Below, in pieces: positions 12,430 through 22,911 of a DNA stretch of 64,000 bases. The notes under the pieces are model-generated. The model did not search any database and was not told the DNA's origin. It saw only the letters and a program-made list of their open reading frames with translations. The position numbers were made by a program, and so were the translations under genes. This stretch comes from Marsupella aquatica. Lineage: Eukaryota > Plantae > Marchantiophyta. Every line of letters begins with the position of its first letter. The first letter of the stretch is position 1. The stretch lies in assembly GCA_973895155.1 (NCBI GenBank), contig OZ316898.1, forward strand, positions 15,840,330 through 15,904,329, read 5' to 3'.

Positions 12430-13535
12430 ATGAGTGTGGCATGTACCTGTTGGTATGCAGACTCTGATTGGGACAATCACAAAAACAACGAGGTAATGGC
12501 TGAACCTATGCCGAGGGAGGAAAGAGCAATTCAATGGGAGAGAGCTCGTCTACAGCAGCTCGTCGGGTGGCATGATACACAGCGACTGAGAGGGGCAAAA
12601 AGGGCTAGTAGCTCCGTAACGGAAAGTGGCATCGAAGAAGAAATACCCAAAGAAGAGTCGGTCAGGAGAAGTAAGTCTCCAACCGACATGGGGGAACCGG
12701 AGGTACGACCAGAAGAGAGGCCAAGAACCAGACTAAGCCAACAGTCGTGCATTCATTAAAAGGCATTTCATGGGAGAGGAGATGAGGATCCGGACAAATG
12801 GTTGGATGACTTCGAGGGAACCCCTGCAGCAAATGGAGAATCAACCATCAAGATGCAAATTCTTTCCGGCCTGCTCAAAGGTGAGGCTAGGCCTTGGTAC
12901 AGAGCATTGAATGTGGAAGATCAAGCCATCTGGCATTCCCTCAAATCACTATTTGTTAAGGAGTTTCGACACATTGGAACCTTAGAGCTAGCAGTGCTGA
13001 AGTTGGGACGACTTTGGTTCAAGGAGAACAAATCCTTCAGGAAGTTCTTGTAACGCTTCCAAAGCTGGTAAGACATACAAAGACCAATGCATTTGAATGG
13101 TTGGTGAATGCTTTACCACAGAAGATGAGTTTTGCAATTAGGAAGGAGAACCCAAAGACTTTAGCCGAGGCAATTAGAGATATTCAATTATACATTAATG
13201 TAGATATCACAAGCTGGAAGAAACAACTCAAGTTTGAGAGTTCCTCATCGGAGGAAGGATCACCCCATAAGAAAAAAGATAAGAAAAAGAAACATTCTAA
13301 GAAGTCAAGAAGTGATAACTCAAGCTCGGATAGTGAAAGTAGCAAGAGTGAGTCATCTTCTAGTTCTGAAGAAGAAAAATCTAGGAAAAAGAAGGGCAGA
13401 AGGAGGGGGAAGTTGAAAGTCAAGCTACAGGCTAAAACGCCAGATAACATCATAGCTCTTGCCAAGCAGCTAAAGGCTATAATAGCAGAGGTAAAGCCAA
13501 AGAAGAAAGTAGTACTGGAGGATAGCTCTGTATGG
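12430..13535 (+). pseudogene. Degenerate Ty3/gypsy gag fragment
   Basis: AFHGRGDEDPDKWLDDFE..LLKGEARPWY..WHSLKSLFVKEF..PKTLAEAI, then an S/K-rich tract; stops and frameshifts. Confidence 0.8.
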
Positions 13536-14295
13536 TGTGTGTTAAACACTATTTCTTCCCTACGATTAACTCAACTTAACCCTTCTCTATTCATTCGCTT
13601 TTGTATTAACCGATTAATCGTCCAACAACAGGGTAATCTAGTAAATCCTTTTCATACTCATGAACCTGTAATTTCTGCTGAATGTTCTTCGATGTCTACT
13701 TCTTCCTTCCACTTCCTAGGTACGATCGACTCACTTAATACTAATCCTTCCCTGTATATAATTTCTATAAATCCACACCATTCACGATACATGAAAATAC
13801 AAATTGGAATACTCTCTTCCCTTAACCGCCAAGTGATTAGGTGCAAACCAATCAAACAGATCCACAATTCAATTGGCCTGAGCCTAATTAGTGAGGAATT
13901 CTTCCTATCCTCGTTGCTAGTATTCATGCTTCCAGTGATTGTGATCTGATTAGATCCAATCGTCTCATTGATACTCCTACCAGGAGTTTGATTAATTACT
14001 TATGCTACGGAGTAGATCAAGAAAGGCTATTCACCCCGCGGAGGGGGGACCCAAAAGGCCATCGAAATACATAAAAGCCCCAAAAAGGCAATACAACAAA
14101 GGGCCAAAGAACCCAAGCGGGAAAGTGAGAAGTCACCACCCACAGATGAGCCCTCAGCCCAAATCAACGACCCTACAAGGGAAAATCCCATCGACACGAC
14201 CGCCACCAGGGAAGACATACCCCAGCACACCGGCAGCCCAAAGCATCCTCCCAAGCAGTACAGAGGGAACGCGAAAGTGACTGCCGCCGTACCAC

Positions 14296-17200
14296 CTACA
14301 GACCGGGCAACGAAAAAAACCGGTTGCCAATCCGAGGAATCCACCTGATCCTAAGTATCTCTATTGTTCCCTTGGCACTAAGCAGCCTGGAGAGTTTCAG
14401 ACCAGGCGGCGTGACCCTACAAGCAGCATGCAGTGAGTCCACAACCTCGGAGAGAACAAGTGTGAGGTCAAACCTACGTCTATCTCTCTGATCAAAAATC
14501 TGCTCATTCCTTCCAAGCCAAATAGTCCATAGAACTTGGTACATTACAAAGGCCTTCACCGTATGCATGCTCTCCCTACCCACAGTAGAGTCCAGCATCG
14601 GAAGCATCTCCAAACAAGGCCAAGTGAAGCAGCCTGCCATACAATCCTGTACTAATCTCCAGCACCGACATGCATGCCTACACTCAAAGAAAATATGAGG
14701 AATCATTTCCCATGAGCCAGTACACATCCCACACCTCCCTGTCCCTTTACCAATTTTAAGAGCTCTCACGCCCGAAAAAAGCCCTTGCGCAATGATCCGC
14801 CATAGAAAGGTCTTAGCCCTAGTTGCAATGTCAAGTGTCCACAGATTGAGCCAAAGCTTGCTCCATTCATTCTCAGTCCGAGAGCCCCCCCAGATTCTGT
14901 TCAGTCTACCGGTCTTTGATCCCTTAGGTCGCAGCATCTGGTAAATTCTTTTGTTTTCAAGTCTGAAAACATTGATCTTATCGTTGCAATCTCCCCAACG
15001 CCAGGAAGTAGGAGAGGATACCGCACCAGATATACACCTTCTAGCAGAGCAAATTGTGTCCAGCAGCCTATTGCACATCTCCCGCCTCTCCCAATCAATA
15101 CCTCTAACTTTATCAATCCTGGCAGCCACCGAAATCCAACATCCGCCATGATCCGACCACAGTGCATCCACTCTTCTAAGTCCAATCCTCCCACAAATCT
15201 CTACAAGAGCATGCAAAACGCCAACAAGTAGTGATTGAAATCCTTCCAGGCAGTTCAACAGGTCCATCATTCCCCAGTGCCCAGGAATAGTTCCATTCAG
15301 TGGACAGAAGATCAGATATTCCCGAAGAGGCGCCCAAGCCTGCCATAGATTACCTGTATATCTAAGCTTACCAAAATTTGACGGTGAGCTTAACAGAATT
15401 CTGTCCTTAACCGAATACCCATTCCGCCTTATACCCTTCTGATTGTGCCACTTAACCAACATCAGATTAGCCCCAAGTAGGCGAGCCCATTCAGAGCTGG
15501 GGTCATCCACTGCCTTAGTGAACCAGCAACTCAAAAGGGCATCCAAATGAATCCGAAAATCTTTGAATCCCAACCCACCCATCACCTTGGGTCGAGCCAA
15601 AGTAACCCAAGCCACCAGAGGAACCTTACGGCCTCCAGCCGGATTGTAACCCCATAAAAAGTTTCGGCAGAGGGCAATCATCTTTTTTGCCAGTTCTGCA
15701 GAGGACTTGAGGAACATCATATGGTAAATAGGAATAGCCTGCAGTACATGTTTCACCAACAACACTCTACCGGTAAAGGATAGCAGCCTGGAAGTCCAAA
15801 AGGACAGTCGCTGAGCAATTTTATCCAAACAAAAGTCATGCAGTTGGGAAGTCCGGAGGTTCAGGCCGAGTGGTGCCCCAAGATAGCGTTGCACCTCCCC
15901 TGATCTGCTAATGGTACAACCCGACTGTGAAAGCCAACTCGGAATCACTGCCAGCTCCAGAGGAATAACCACCGACTTGCGTAGGTTAAGCAGAGCCCCC
16001 GAAGCTAGCTCATAGCACGCTAGTGCAACCCTTGTTTGAACAAAAGCCACTTCAGTGGCCGGTATCACCATCCCCAAATCATCTGCAAAAAGTCTGTAAC
16101 AAATAGTCAACCCAGCAGTGATCTGAATTCCACTGAGCCTGCCCTCCTTGAGCTCTGCATCAAGAAAGTCCATAAGCGGTTGTGTAGAGATGGCAAAAAG
16201 CAGCGGCGAGAGCGGGCATCCCTGCCTCACACCACGAAGCAGGGGAATCTCGCCGGAGAAAAGTCCATTCACATGGATACGAGAGTAGGAATTGCTTAAC
16301 AGTGCCTTAACCAACATGATAAAATGATCCCCCAACCCGAGAAGGTGCATAGACTCCCAAATATAAGAATGATCAACTCTATCAAAAGCTTTTTCAAAAT
16401 CTAATTTTAAAAAAAGGGCCTCGCACTTGTTTTGTTTCAACCAGTCATCCGTCAACCATGCAATGGAAATATTCTCCAGGATATGTCTACCGGGGATAAA
16501 GCCAGTTTGCTGCACGCTGATGAGCTTGGGTAACAGGACTTTGAGTCGAAGTGCAAGCAACTTAGCAATAATCTTATACCCTGTATTAAGCATCATGAGT
16601 GGCCGCCAGTCTTTCAGTCTCCTCTTATCAGGCTTCTTAGGGATGAACTTAATAATCCCATCTTTGATATTGTTAGCCATCTCCACATTGACCCAGAATG
16701 CTTGAATCATCTCCATCATGTCATTCTTAATAAAAGCCCAGCATCTACGGAAGACCTCCGTAGTGAGCCCATCTGGTCCCGGAGCTTTGTCCGCAGGCAT
16801 CATCCATAATACTCCTTCAACCTCCTTGAGAAGCGGAAGATCCTCGAGTGCATGCAACTCCTTGTCATTCAGGGCCCTCCCGGTATTCCTCAACAGTTTA
16901 TTACGTGCTTCTCTGACCTCTCTACTTCCCTCTTCAGTCCGAATTTCAAGTGTAAATAATTTTGTGCATTGCTTTTCCACTTCCTTCAGCACTTCCGCCT
17001 CATTGGTAATCGTGGTTCCATCTTCAAGTAGCACCGAGGGCATAGCTTCTCGACAACGCTTAGCTTTCACAGTAGCAAAGTAAAAGCGAGAAGGCTCATC
17101 ACCCTCACCCAGCCACTTAATTCTAGCAAGCTTGCGCCCCAGCTGAGCCTCGTCATGTTCCACTGTGCGCAGTTGATTCTCCACCGTTAAGTACTCACTC

Positions 17201-18192
17201 AGAGTCCCATCCGAGTACTCCCCCATCAATGTAACCTTCAGTAGTCGAAGTTTCTCCCTTATCGCCTCCGTCGCCATCTGCTGAGCCATCGGGGTGCCTT
17301 GTATACCTTTCAAGCACTCTCTAAGTCTATTTTTAGCCTGCGCAAAACGGAGGTGAGGGTCAGTCGCCTCCATTTTCCCTTCTTCCCATGCCGATTTCAA
17401 TTTCCCCCAGTTCTCCTCTGATCGTAGGAAGGCAGGATTGGCCTTGAAGTATGATGACTTCCTCCCCGATCCAGTCCCCACATCACTACCTAATTTAAAT
17501 TCAACGAGAACTGGGTCATGGTTTGAGAGTGCAGTGCCCCCTTCGTGCACCAGCTGTATCAACTTTCCAATCCACCAACCCTGCTCACTGAAATAAAATT
17601 TGTCCAGCCTTGATTGAGTAACCCTTCCAAACCAAACTTTCCTCCACGTAAATCTTGATCCATTCACCCCCCCGATAATATTCATCGCATCCTCCAAGTT
17701 AAATCTAGTTTTTAGGAAGCGCCAAAATTCTGTTTCTTGACCTTGCAAGAGCGGACCAGTGCCAGTAGAGTCATCCCCGCTTTCAGTCATATTAAAATCC
17801 CCACAGAATATCCATTGATCCAAAGGTAGCACCTCTTTTATCTCATTCCAGAGTAGCACCCTCTCCCGAGAACTGTTAGGAGCGTATATACTGATCAGCC
17901 CAAAATTCCCCTTCTCATGTTCCACTTGTATCCATACCGCCCTTCCCAAATCAACTTGTCCAGAAGCAATCACCTTCAGTGATGGATGCAACAAAATGGC
18001 TGAACCACCATGACCTTCGTCCGGTGCAGATGAGAAGCATTGATATCCAGGAAAGATTGCACGTAGTGCAATGTCCAGCCTGAATTGATCCGCCTTGACC
18101 TCTTGCAGTGCTAAAGCCATAGGTGGGTGACGTAGAGAGCGCACCCAGTCCTTAACAATGTGCTTCCGATTGGGGTCGCAAAGCCCACACAC
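14296..18192 (-). CDS. L1 ORF2 (APE endonuclease, RT, zf-RVT)
   Basis: LQEVK, GDFN, SRLDKFY, KAPGPDG, LDFEKAFD, GVRQGCPLSPLLF, LFADD, CGMC..EMIPHIFFEC; the natural start (MDPAWYFAT*NVCGL) has TGA at the conserved Trp. Confidence 0.95.
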   Translation of the reverse strand: MCGLCDPNRKHIVKDWVRSLRHPPMALALQEVKADQFRLDIALRAIFPGYQCFSSAPDEGHGGSAILLHPSLKVIASGQVDLGRAVWIQVEHEKGNFGLISIYAPNSSRERVLLWNEIKEVLPLDQWIFCGDFNMTESGDDSTGTGPLLQGQETEFWRFLKTRFNLEDAMNIIGGVNGSRFTWRKVWFGRVTQSRLDKFYFSEQGWWIGKLIQLVHEGGTALSNHDPVLVEFKLGSDVGTGSGRKSSYFKANPAFLRSEENWGKLKSAWEEGKMEATDPHLRFAQAKNRLRECLKGIQGTPMAQQMATEAIREKLRLLKVTLMGEYSDGTLSEYLTVENQLRTVEHDEAQLGRKLARIKWLGEGDEPSRFYFATVKAKRCREAMPSVLLEDGTTITNEAEVLKEVEKQCTKLFTLEIRTEEGSREVREARNKLLRNTGRALNDKELHALEDLPLLKEVEGVLWMMPADKAPGPDGLTTEVFRRCWAFIKNDMMEMIQAFWVNVEMANNIKDGIIKFIPKKPDKRRLKDWRPLMMLNTGYKIIAKLLALRLKVLLPKLISVQQTGFIPGRHILENISIAWLTDDWLKQNKCEALFLKLDFEKAFDRVDHSYIWESMHLLGLGDHFIMLVKALLSNSYSRIHVNGLFSGEIPLLRGVRQGCPLSPLLFAISTQPLMDFLDAELKEGRLSGIQITAGLTICYRLFADDLGMVIPATEVAFVQTRVALACYELASGALLNLRKSVVIPLELAVIPSWLSQSGCTISRSGEVQRYLGAPLGLNLRTSQLHDFCLDKIAQRLSFWTSRLLSFTGRVLLVKHVLQAIPIYHMMFLKSSAELAKKMIALCRNFLWGYNPAGGRKVPLVAWVTLARPKVMGGLGFKDFRIHLDALLSCWFTKAVDDPSSEWARLLGANLMLVKWHNQKGIRRNGYSVKDRILLSSPSNFGKLRYTGNLWQAWAPLREYLIFCPLNGTIPGHWGMMDLLNCLEGFQSLLVGVLHALVEICGRIGLRRVDALWSDHGGCWISVAARIDKVRGIDWERREMCNRLLDTICSARRCISGAVSSPTSWRWGDCNDKINVFRLENKRIYQMLRPKGSKTGRLNRIWGGSRTENEWSKLWLNLWTLDIATRAKTFLWRIIAQGLFSGVRALKIGKGTGRCGMCTGSWEMIPHIFFECRHACRCWRLVQDCMAGCFTWPCLEMLPMLDSTVGRESMHTVKAFVMYQVLWTIWLGRNEQIFDQRDRRRFDLTLVLSEVVDSLHAACRVTPPGLKLSRLLSAKGTIEILRIRWIPRIGNRFFSLPGL

Positions 18193-18257
18193 ATTTCAAG
18201 TAGCAAAATACCATGCAGGATCCATAATTCCCACCCCCTTTAGTCCTTTCAAGCTCG

Positions 18258-19703
18258 TCACATCATAGGGAAACAACTCTCAACCGGAGGGGACCCGGTC
18301 TCCACATGTACACCCTCCAGAGCCCGAGCATAAGAGATATTCCCCAGGTCTGCTCCAGTCCCCGCCATCTCACTGCCTCCTCCCGAGTCCCTAGGTGGCA
18401 CCGCCCAGTCTTCTTTGTCCGCTCCTCCGCTAGCCTGATCAATCATCATCACCCCACCATCACCCTGCAATTGCGATGGTTCAAAATGTAAGGATCGTTG
18501 TTTCTTTTGTTCCTTCTTCCCTTTGTTCTTCCTCTCAGTTGGTGGTGTCCGTCTTTCCAATTTCCTTGTTCTATCCTTTTTAATTTGACTTTTAGAGATA
18601 TACTTCTTGTACTCTGATAGCCCGGGGTCTGATTCTCCATGGTAAGACATCCTCTCATCCACACCCGATCCCTCAGTTGCATTCCCAAGTGAAAGCTCAG
18701 CCTCCTCAATAGATGCTTCCACCGCCACAATAGAGGCCACCACTGCAGCAACCGGACCCTCAATGGCTTCCTTATTCATTAACTCTCGCATTAGAATCCC
18801 CTGCCCCTCATCTTCCACTTCCCTTCTTGGTCCTTGAGAGTCCAACACAGCAGCAGGGAGAAGAGGAGTTCCGTCACTCCTAACCAAATGTCCCACTGCG
18901 ACTACACCAGCAGCGGATCCAGGAATTGTCGCAGTCCCACACAGCTTCCCACCGTTTGACGCTAAAAGTCCACCAGCCTCCAAAGGATGCGTCAAATCTG
19001 GAAGAGCAGGGGAGACCTCCCCTCCGCACACATTCCGAAGGGGGGTCATCCCGACAACCAATTCAATAGTAACGCCCTTCAAAGCCCCTGAATCCTGAGG
19101 CATGGACGCCAAAATTTCAGCCCTCCTATCAGTGTTGCCCGCACCAACCACAACTCCATGACCCTCGTTAATCCTCACATGCTCCTCCGCCGTGGCAGCA
19201 CTATCATCTTTCATAGCAGTGACCGGAGCCGTCACTCCTACCACCACCCCCATCGGGGCCAAAGCGTTTACATTCTCCAGCTCCTTCCGAGCCCGAGCCT
19301 CCTCCGCAGCCTCCATAGTCAAGCAATCTCTAGCTAAGTGCCCTTTCTTGTTACACCTGTAGCAGTGATAAGGAATATTCTTGAAAATCACTGGCTGCCA
19401 GATAGCAATATCCTCCCGAATCATCACCTTCACGCTACAGGGGACCTCCCTCCGGGTGTCCCAAAGGATACAAGCCCTGTCATGTGGATAGGAGCTCTGT
19501 TCATCACCCTGTATGTAGTACAACACTCTCCCAAAAGATACCGCAATCCTTTTACGACAGCCCTCCAGTAGTAAAGAGCGAAAGGGAATTTCAATCCACA
19601 CAGGGAGCTTCACATATGACTCCTTTTTGACATCGAAAGACGGGTCCCAGGGAAATGTGAACATAAATTTGCGCTCCAAGAACCAAGGTGCCTGTGCAAG
19701 CAT
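18258..19703 (-). CDS. L1 ORF1, 5'-truncated (DUF4283-like region plus CCHC knuckle)
   Basis: APWFL..FPWDPSF..LPVWIEIP..CYRCNKKGHLARDC; homologous to 30038..30748. Confidence 0.9.
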   Translation of the reverse strand: MLAQAPWFLERKFMFTFPWDPSFDVKKESYVKLPVWIEIPFRSLLLEGCRKRIAVSFGRVLYYIQGDEQSSYPHDRACILWDTRREVPCSVKVMIREDIAIWQPVIFKNIPYHCYRCNKKGHLARDCLTMEAAEEARARKELENVNALAPMGVVVGVTAPVTAMKDDSAATAEEHVRINEGHGVVVGAGNTDRRAEILASMPQDSGALKGVTIELVVGMTPLRNVCGGEVSPALPDLTHPLEAGGLLASNGGKLCGTATIPGSAAGVVAVGHLVRSDGTPLLPAAVLDSQGPRREVEDEGQGILMRELMNKEAIEGPVAAVVASIVAVEASIEEAELSLGNATEGSGVDERMSYHGESDPGLSEYKKYISKSQIKKDRTRKLERRTPPTERKNKGKKEQKKQRSLHFEPSQLQGDGGVMMIDQASGGADKEDWAVPPRDSGGGSEMAGTGADLGNISYARALEGVHVETGSPPVESCFPMM

Positions 19704-19806
19704 ATAAAAAAATTATTAAAAAAAGGCTATTCACAAGTAGAATGTCAATTCAATGATTACCTCGTTATGCTGCAGGTGTATGACAATTAGATGGTCATTC
19801 TCGAAA

Positions 19807-20408
19807 CACACACACTTCAGCCAAACTCCACTACTTATGAGTTGTCTGTTGGTTTGTTTTTGTAAGGTGTTACTCCTCAACGTGTTCACTCTGAGTGAAT
19901 TAATCCTCATTCATTCTCTCGCAGTCAATCACCATCTCTTCATGTAGACTCTCTCAACAATGTACTCATCCAAGAACAATTCATCAGGTTGTGCCATAAT
20001 GATCGCTTTACTTCTCAACATTGAAATTCTACTCATATCTGAGTAGGGAACACTTAAACGGATCTACTGATCATATTAAGGAAAGTCTGGCTTTGCCTTT
20101 CAATCAGATTACCTATTGTAAAAGTGACACCCTATTCTACGCTCTTGCCTGCCTTAAATACTATTTTCCGGAAAAACTATCGATTTTCAACTGTCCGACT
20201 AACAAAAAAATGGTTATCTAACTTACTAATCAAACATAATTGCATAGCAGTTAATAAACTGCTGTTTTGCGGTTACTAAACCGCAATCCGTAGTTCTCGA
20301 TTGGTATACTCTGTTCAACTGAGACTACTGCATTGAACATCTTTGTAAACGATTGGTGGTTGGAGTCGTGGTTTCTGAACTGCTAATGGTTAAGCTTCTC
20401 AATTCTGA
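19807..20408. repeat. Dispersed repeat family X, copy 1 (older host sequence for later insertions)
   Basis: Closely matches ~39439-40038, from CACACACACTTCAGCC to AAGCTTCTCAATTCTGA. Confidence 0.85.
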
Positions 20409-22900
20409 TGTCACATGATAGACATTCAATGGATCTTCTTGTTCACTAATGTTCCAAAAAATGATTACTCGTTCAGCGGCGATTAGCCTCCAGCAGTGAC
20501 GTTGTCATTGATCAAGTTCTCGTCCCAACGTCAGGTTCCACTTTGATGACATGATTCCCCTGCAAAATTCTTCAACAGCTTCTTGAGTAGTCAACTGTCG
20601 TTGGAAAGTTTCACCATTCATGCCGAAAAGCTGCTGCCCTGCTTCATTCCATACTCGACAGTCTCCCTCCCTAAGGCGGATCATAAATCGGAACATGGGC
20701 TTCCCCTCTCCTACGAGCTTGCAAATATGAGTGCCTCGATCCCTACTAAAATGTTCGATCGTTCTTCTCCCATTTGCCTTTGTTGTCTTGCTTTCACCCC
20801 TAGAGCGCAATCTCTGCCGTCTCCTAGCTTGGTATCGCATCCTTCATAGCAAAACCCTAATCCGGTACTACTCCAAATAGCAAAAATTGTCGTGCCTTCT
20901 AATGTTAGTAATGGTAATGGTAATGGTAATGTATTATAAGCTCCGGGACCATGAAAGTCAAAGGAGCTGCCACAAAAAGTAAAGTACAATGCAATCAAAG
21001 AAAAGAGCAACCAAAAGAGATTGCTCAGAAGAGGACAACTATGTCCTCAAAGAAACTATGGACCTAGAGAGCCCTGAAAGATTTTCCAAACCTATTCTCC
21101 TTTCCCTATCCACCGCAAAGATATATCTTCCAAGTTGCTGAGGGGGCAGACCAAACAATGCATACAAATCTTTCACCAAGATTTGAGATGCCATCCTAAC
21201 CCCCTCATAAAACTTGCAAGCAATGAATACATGATATTCATTCTCTATACTAGAGCTATCACATAACTGACAAACCCTCTTTTTCCTGTCAATATCCTTC
21301 CATCTCCCTTGTTCTACTTCAAGGTGGTGTGAGCTTAGTCTATACTGAGCAATAAGTTGTCTAAGTTGTACTGAGATAGTGCTAGATAAGTATTCTTGTT
21401 CTCGATATTTCTTCATGGGGTTCACATCTCTCATGTAGTATTGCTGCCGTGGGCTAGGTTCATGCCAAAGTTTGTGCAAAGCCTTTTGCTCAAGTTTTGC
21501 TCTTAGCTTGGTTGGGTGTGTTGGCCATTCATGTTCAGGAAAATCCCAAGCATGGGCCCACCTGCACACATCTGCATACCACCCTTTAGCTGAAGATGAG
21601 CGCAAGGCATGAAAAGGAAATCTGTTTTCCTCCAACTCTCTTACACGCATGATGTATTTGAGTGTGTGGAAGAGTGCCTCCACCTCCAAAGGAAACAAGC
21701 CTGCCTCTGCAAGTGTAAGTGTATATGGGGTTTGTGACTTGATCCCAAGCTCCATCTCAAGAAATAGCTTTTGCAGCCCCTCAATCTGTTGCCACCCAGA
21801 TTTAGACACACCTGCTCCCCAAATTGGTGCTCCATAAAGAATGACTGGTTTCACCAAAGCTCCAAAGAGATGTTTCCTTAACCTCCAAGTGTGTAGACCA
21901 GCTCTTTTGCATTTGTTCATGAATGCATAAAAAGCTCTGTACCCATTGGCAGCCCTAGATTTTACACATGAGGCCCAACTCAAGTTTTGAGAGAACTCCA
22001 CCCCAAGGTATTTGTAGGTCCTCACAAATTCCACCAGATTCCCTTGGAAGTAGAGCTCTGGATTTTGTCGTGTGCCAATGCCCAAACACTTGGTCTTCTT
22101 GAGGTTGACTACCATCCCTGTTGCTTGACAAAACTCCTCCAAGGCATTGAGATGTCTTTGCAAAGCTTCTTGAGCATGAGCAAGTAGGACCACATCATCT
22201 GCAAATTTAAGAAGTTGGAGGACAAACCTACCCAATTGAGTGCCAACTCCACCATGCTCCTCCAAAATGTTGTGTAGCTGATCAATGAAGATGCCAAATA
22301 GAGTTGGTGAGAGAGGACAACCTTGGATCACCCCAAGAGTGCTCCAGATTTCTTCAGAGGTTTCCTTTGAAAGTTTGATGCGCACTTCTTGGTACAATTT
22401 AGAAACAGCCAACCTGAGCTCTTCAGGCACTTCCAACTCCACCATCCTATCCCAAAGCTTGGATCGGGAAACTTTGTCAAAGGCCTTGGAGAAGTCCACA
22501 AACAAGCAAAATAATGGTTTATGTGGAGATTTGGCCTTTTCACACAACACCCTCAAGCAGAGAATGTGATCCATAGTGCTGAATTCTCTCCTAAAACCTG
22601 CTTGTGAAGGTGCCCTTTTCATCTCACTCTCCAACCAAGAGCTTAATCTGGCTTCAAGTAGTCCTCCCAAAACTTCAGCAAAAGTATTGCCTACCATGAT
22701 GGTTCTGTAGTTGTGCACATCGTCCTTGTTGCCTGCCTTGAAGATAGGCACCACTCTTCTGGTCATCCAAGCTTTAGGTAAACCCCTAGCCATCTTACTA
22801 AGCTATTTCTATCTGCCACTAATCCCCTTAAATACTTGATCTATTATCTTCCGCTTGACGTTTCTCCACTAATTCTACTTAATTATTTTCTTGGTTTACA
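20409..22900 (-). repeat. Gypsy 3' LTR (~620 bp) interrupted by a truncated RTEX-like LINE
   Basis: TGTCACATG...GGTTTACA; matches 60460-61084 once ~20908-22784 is removed. Confidence 0.9.
20908..22784 (-). mobile_element. 5'-truncated RTEX-like LINE, near-identical to 2825-4700
   Basis: Same tail and 3' UTR; ORF 21039..22793 is almost identical to the C-terminal part of 2957..5617; no TSD seen. Confidence 0.95.
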
Positions 22901-22911
22901 TTCTCCTTTAC

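Larger units (their letters stand above)
14035..19721 (-). mobile_element. L1-clade LINE, 5'-truncated, body inverted relative to its A-rich tail
   Basis: 13-bp TSD AAAGGCTATTCAC at 14022-14034 and 19722-19734; A-rich tail on + at 19704-19721; ORF1/ORF2 on the - strand. Confidence 0.9.

Noticed and set aside
13014-13949. 311-aa protein
   Set aside because: Chimeric read-through from the gag remnant into unrelated repeat sequence at ~13537.
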